This document shows positions 63,881-64,000 of a stretch of DNA of 64,000 nucleotides, in pieces; position 1 is the stretch's first letter; every line of letters starts with the position of its first letter. This stretch comes from Chrysomallon squamiferum (lineage: Eukaryota > Animalia > Mollusca). The notes beneath the pieces were generated by a model. That model was given only the letters and a program-made list of their open reading frames with translations, was not told the DNA's origin and ran no database searches. A program made the translations under genes and the position numbers. The stretch is from positions 26,598,001 through 26,662,000 of the forward strand of contig CM022673.1 of the NCBI GenBank assembly GCA_012295275.1. The letters are read 5' to 3'.

Positions 63881-64000
63881 AATTTGACTGTCTCCCTCCC
63901 CACCTCGAAGATGAAGCAGCACTCTAACTAATTGCGCTGATTGATGCAGAATCGCTCTGGCTGCGAGATTTGGGGAAGATCATTGAAGTGGCAGTTGTTT

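Overview
Very AT-rich, microsatellite-dense eukaryotic DNA from an animal, most likely a lophotrochozoan such as a mollusc (inferred from composition and intron style). The first 18.5 kb contains one complete, intact + strand gene, CCDC93 (coiled-coil subunit of the CCC/Commander endosomal recycling complex). I rebuilt it by hand as 23 coding exons, all with GT-AG introns and consistent phases: 1878 nt including the stop, 625 aa. It sits at a CpG-enriched, probably bidirectional promoter (about 800-1160). A second CpG-enriched promoter-like region at about 22.6-23.2 kb has a strong CTCF-consensus site and a splice donor. It probably starts a large + strand gene whose recognisable coding exons lie beyond the window. 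The remaining 41 kb has no recognisable protein-coding sequence: candidate non-coding exons, a candidate internal promoter with D-box, E-box and TATA motifs, enhancer-like islands, local satellites and duplications, a perfect 25-bp hairpin and small transposable-element relics. Almost all ORFs in the supplied track are low-complexity artefacts. I found no well-supported novel multi-gene system; the findings are regulatory or structural leads.
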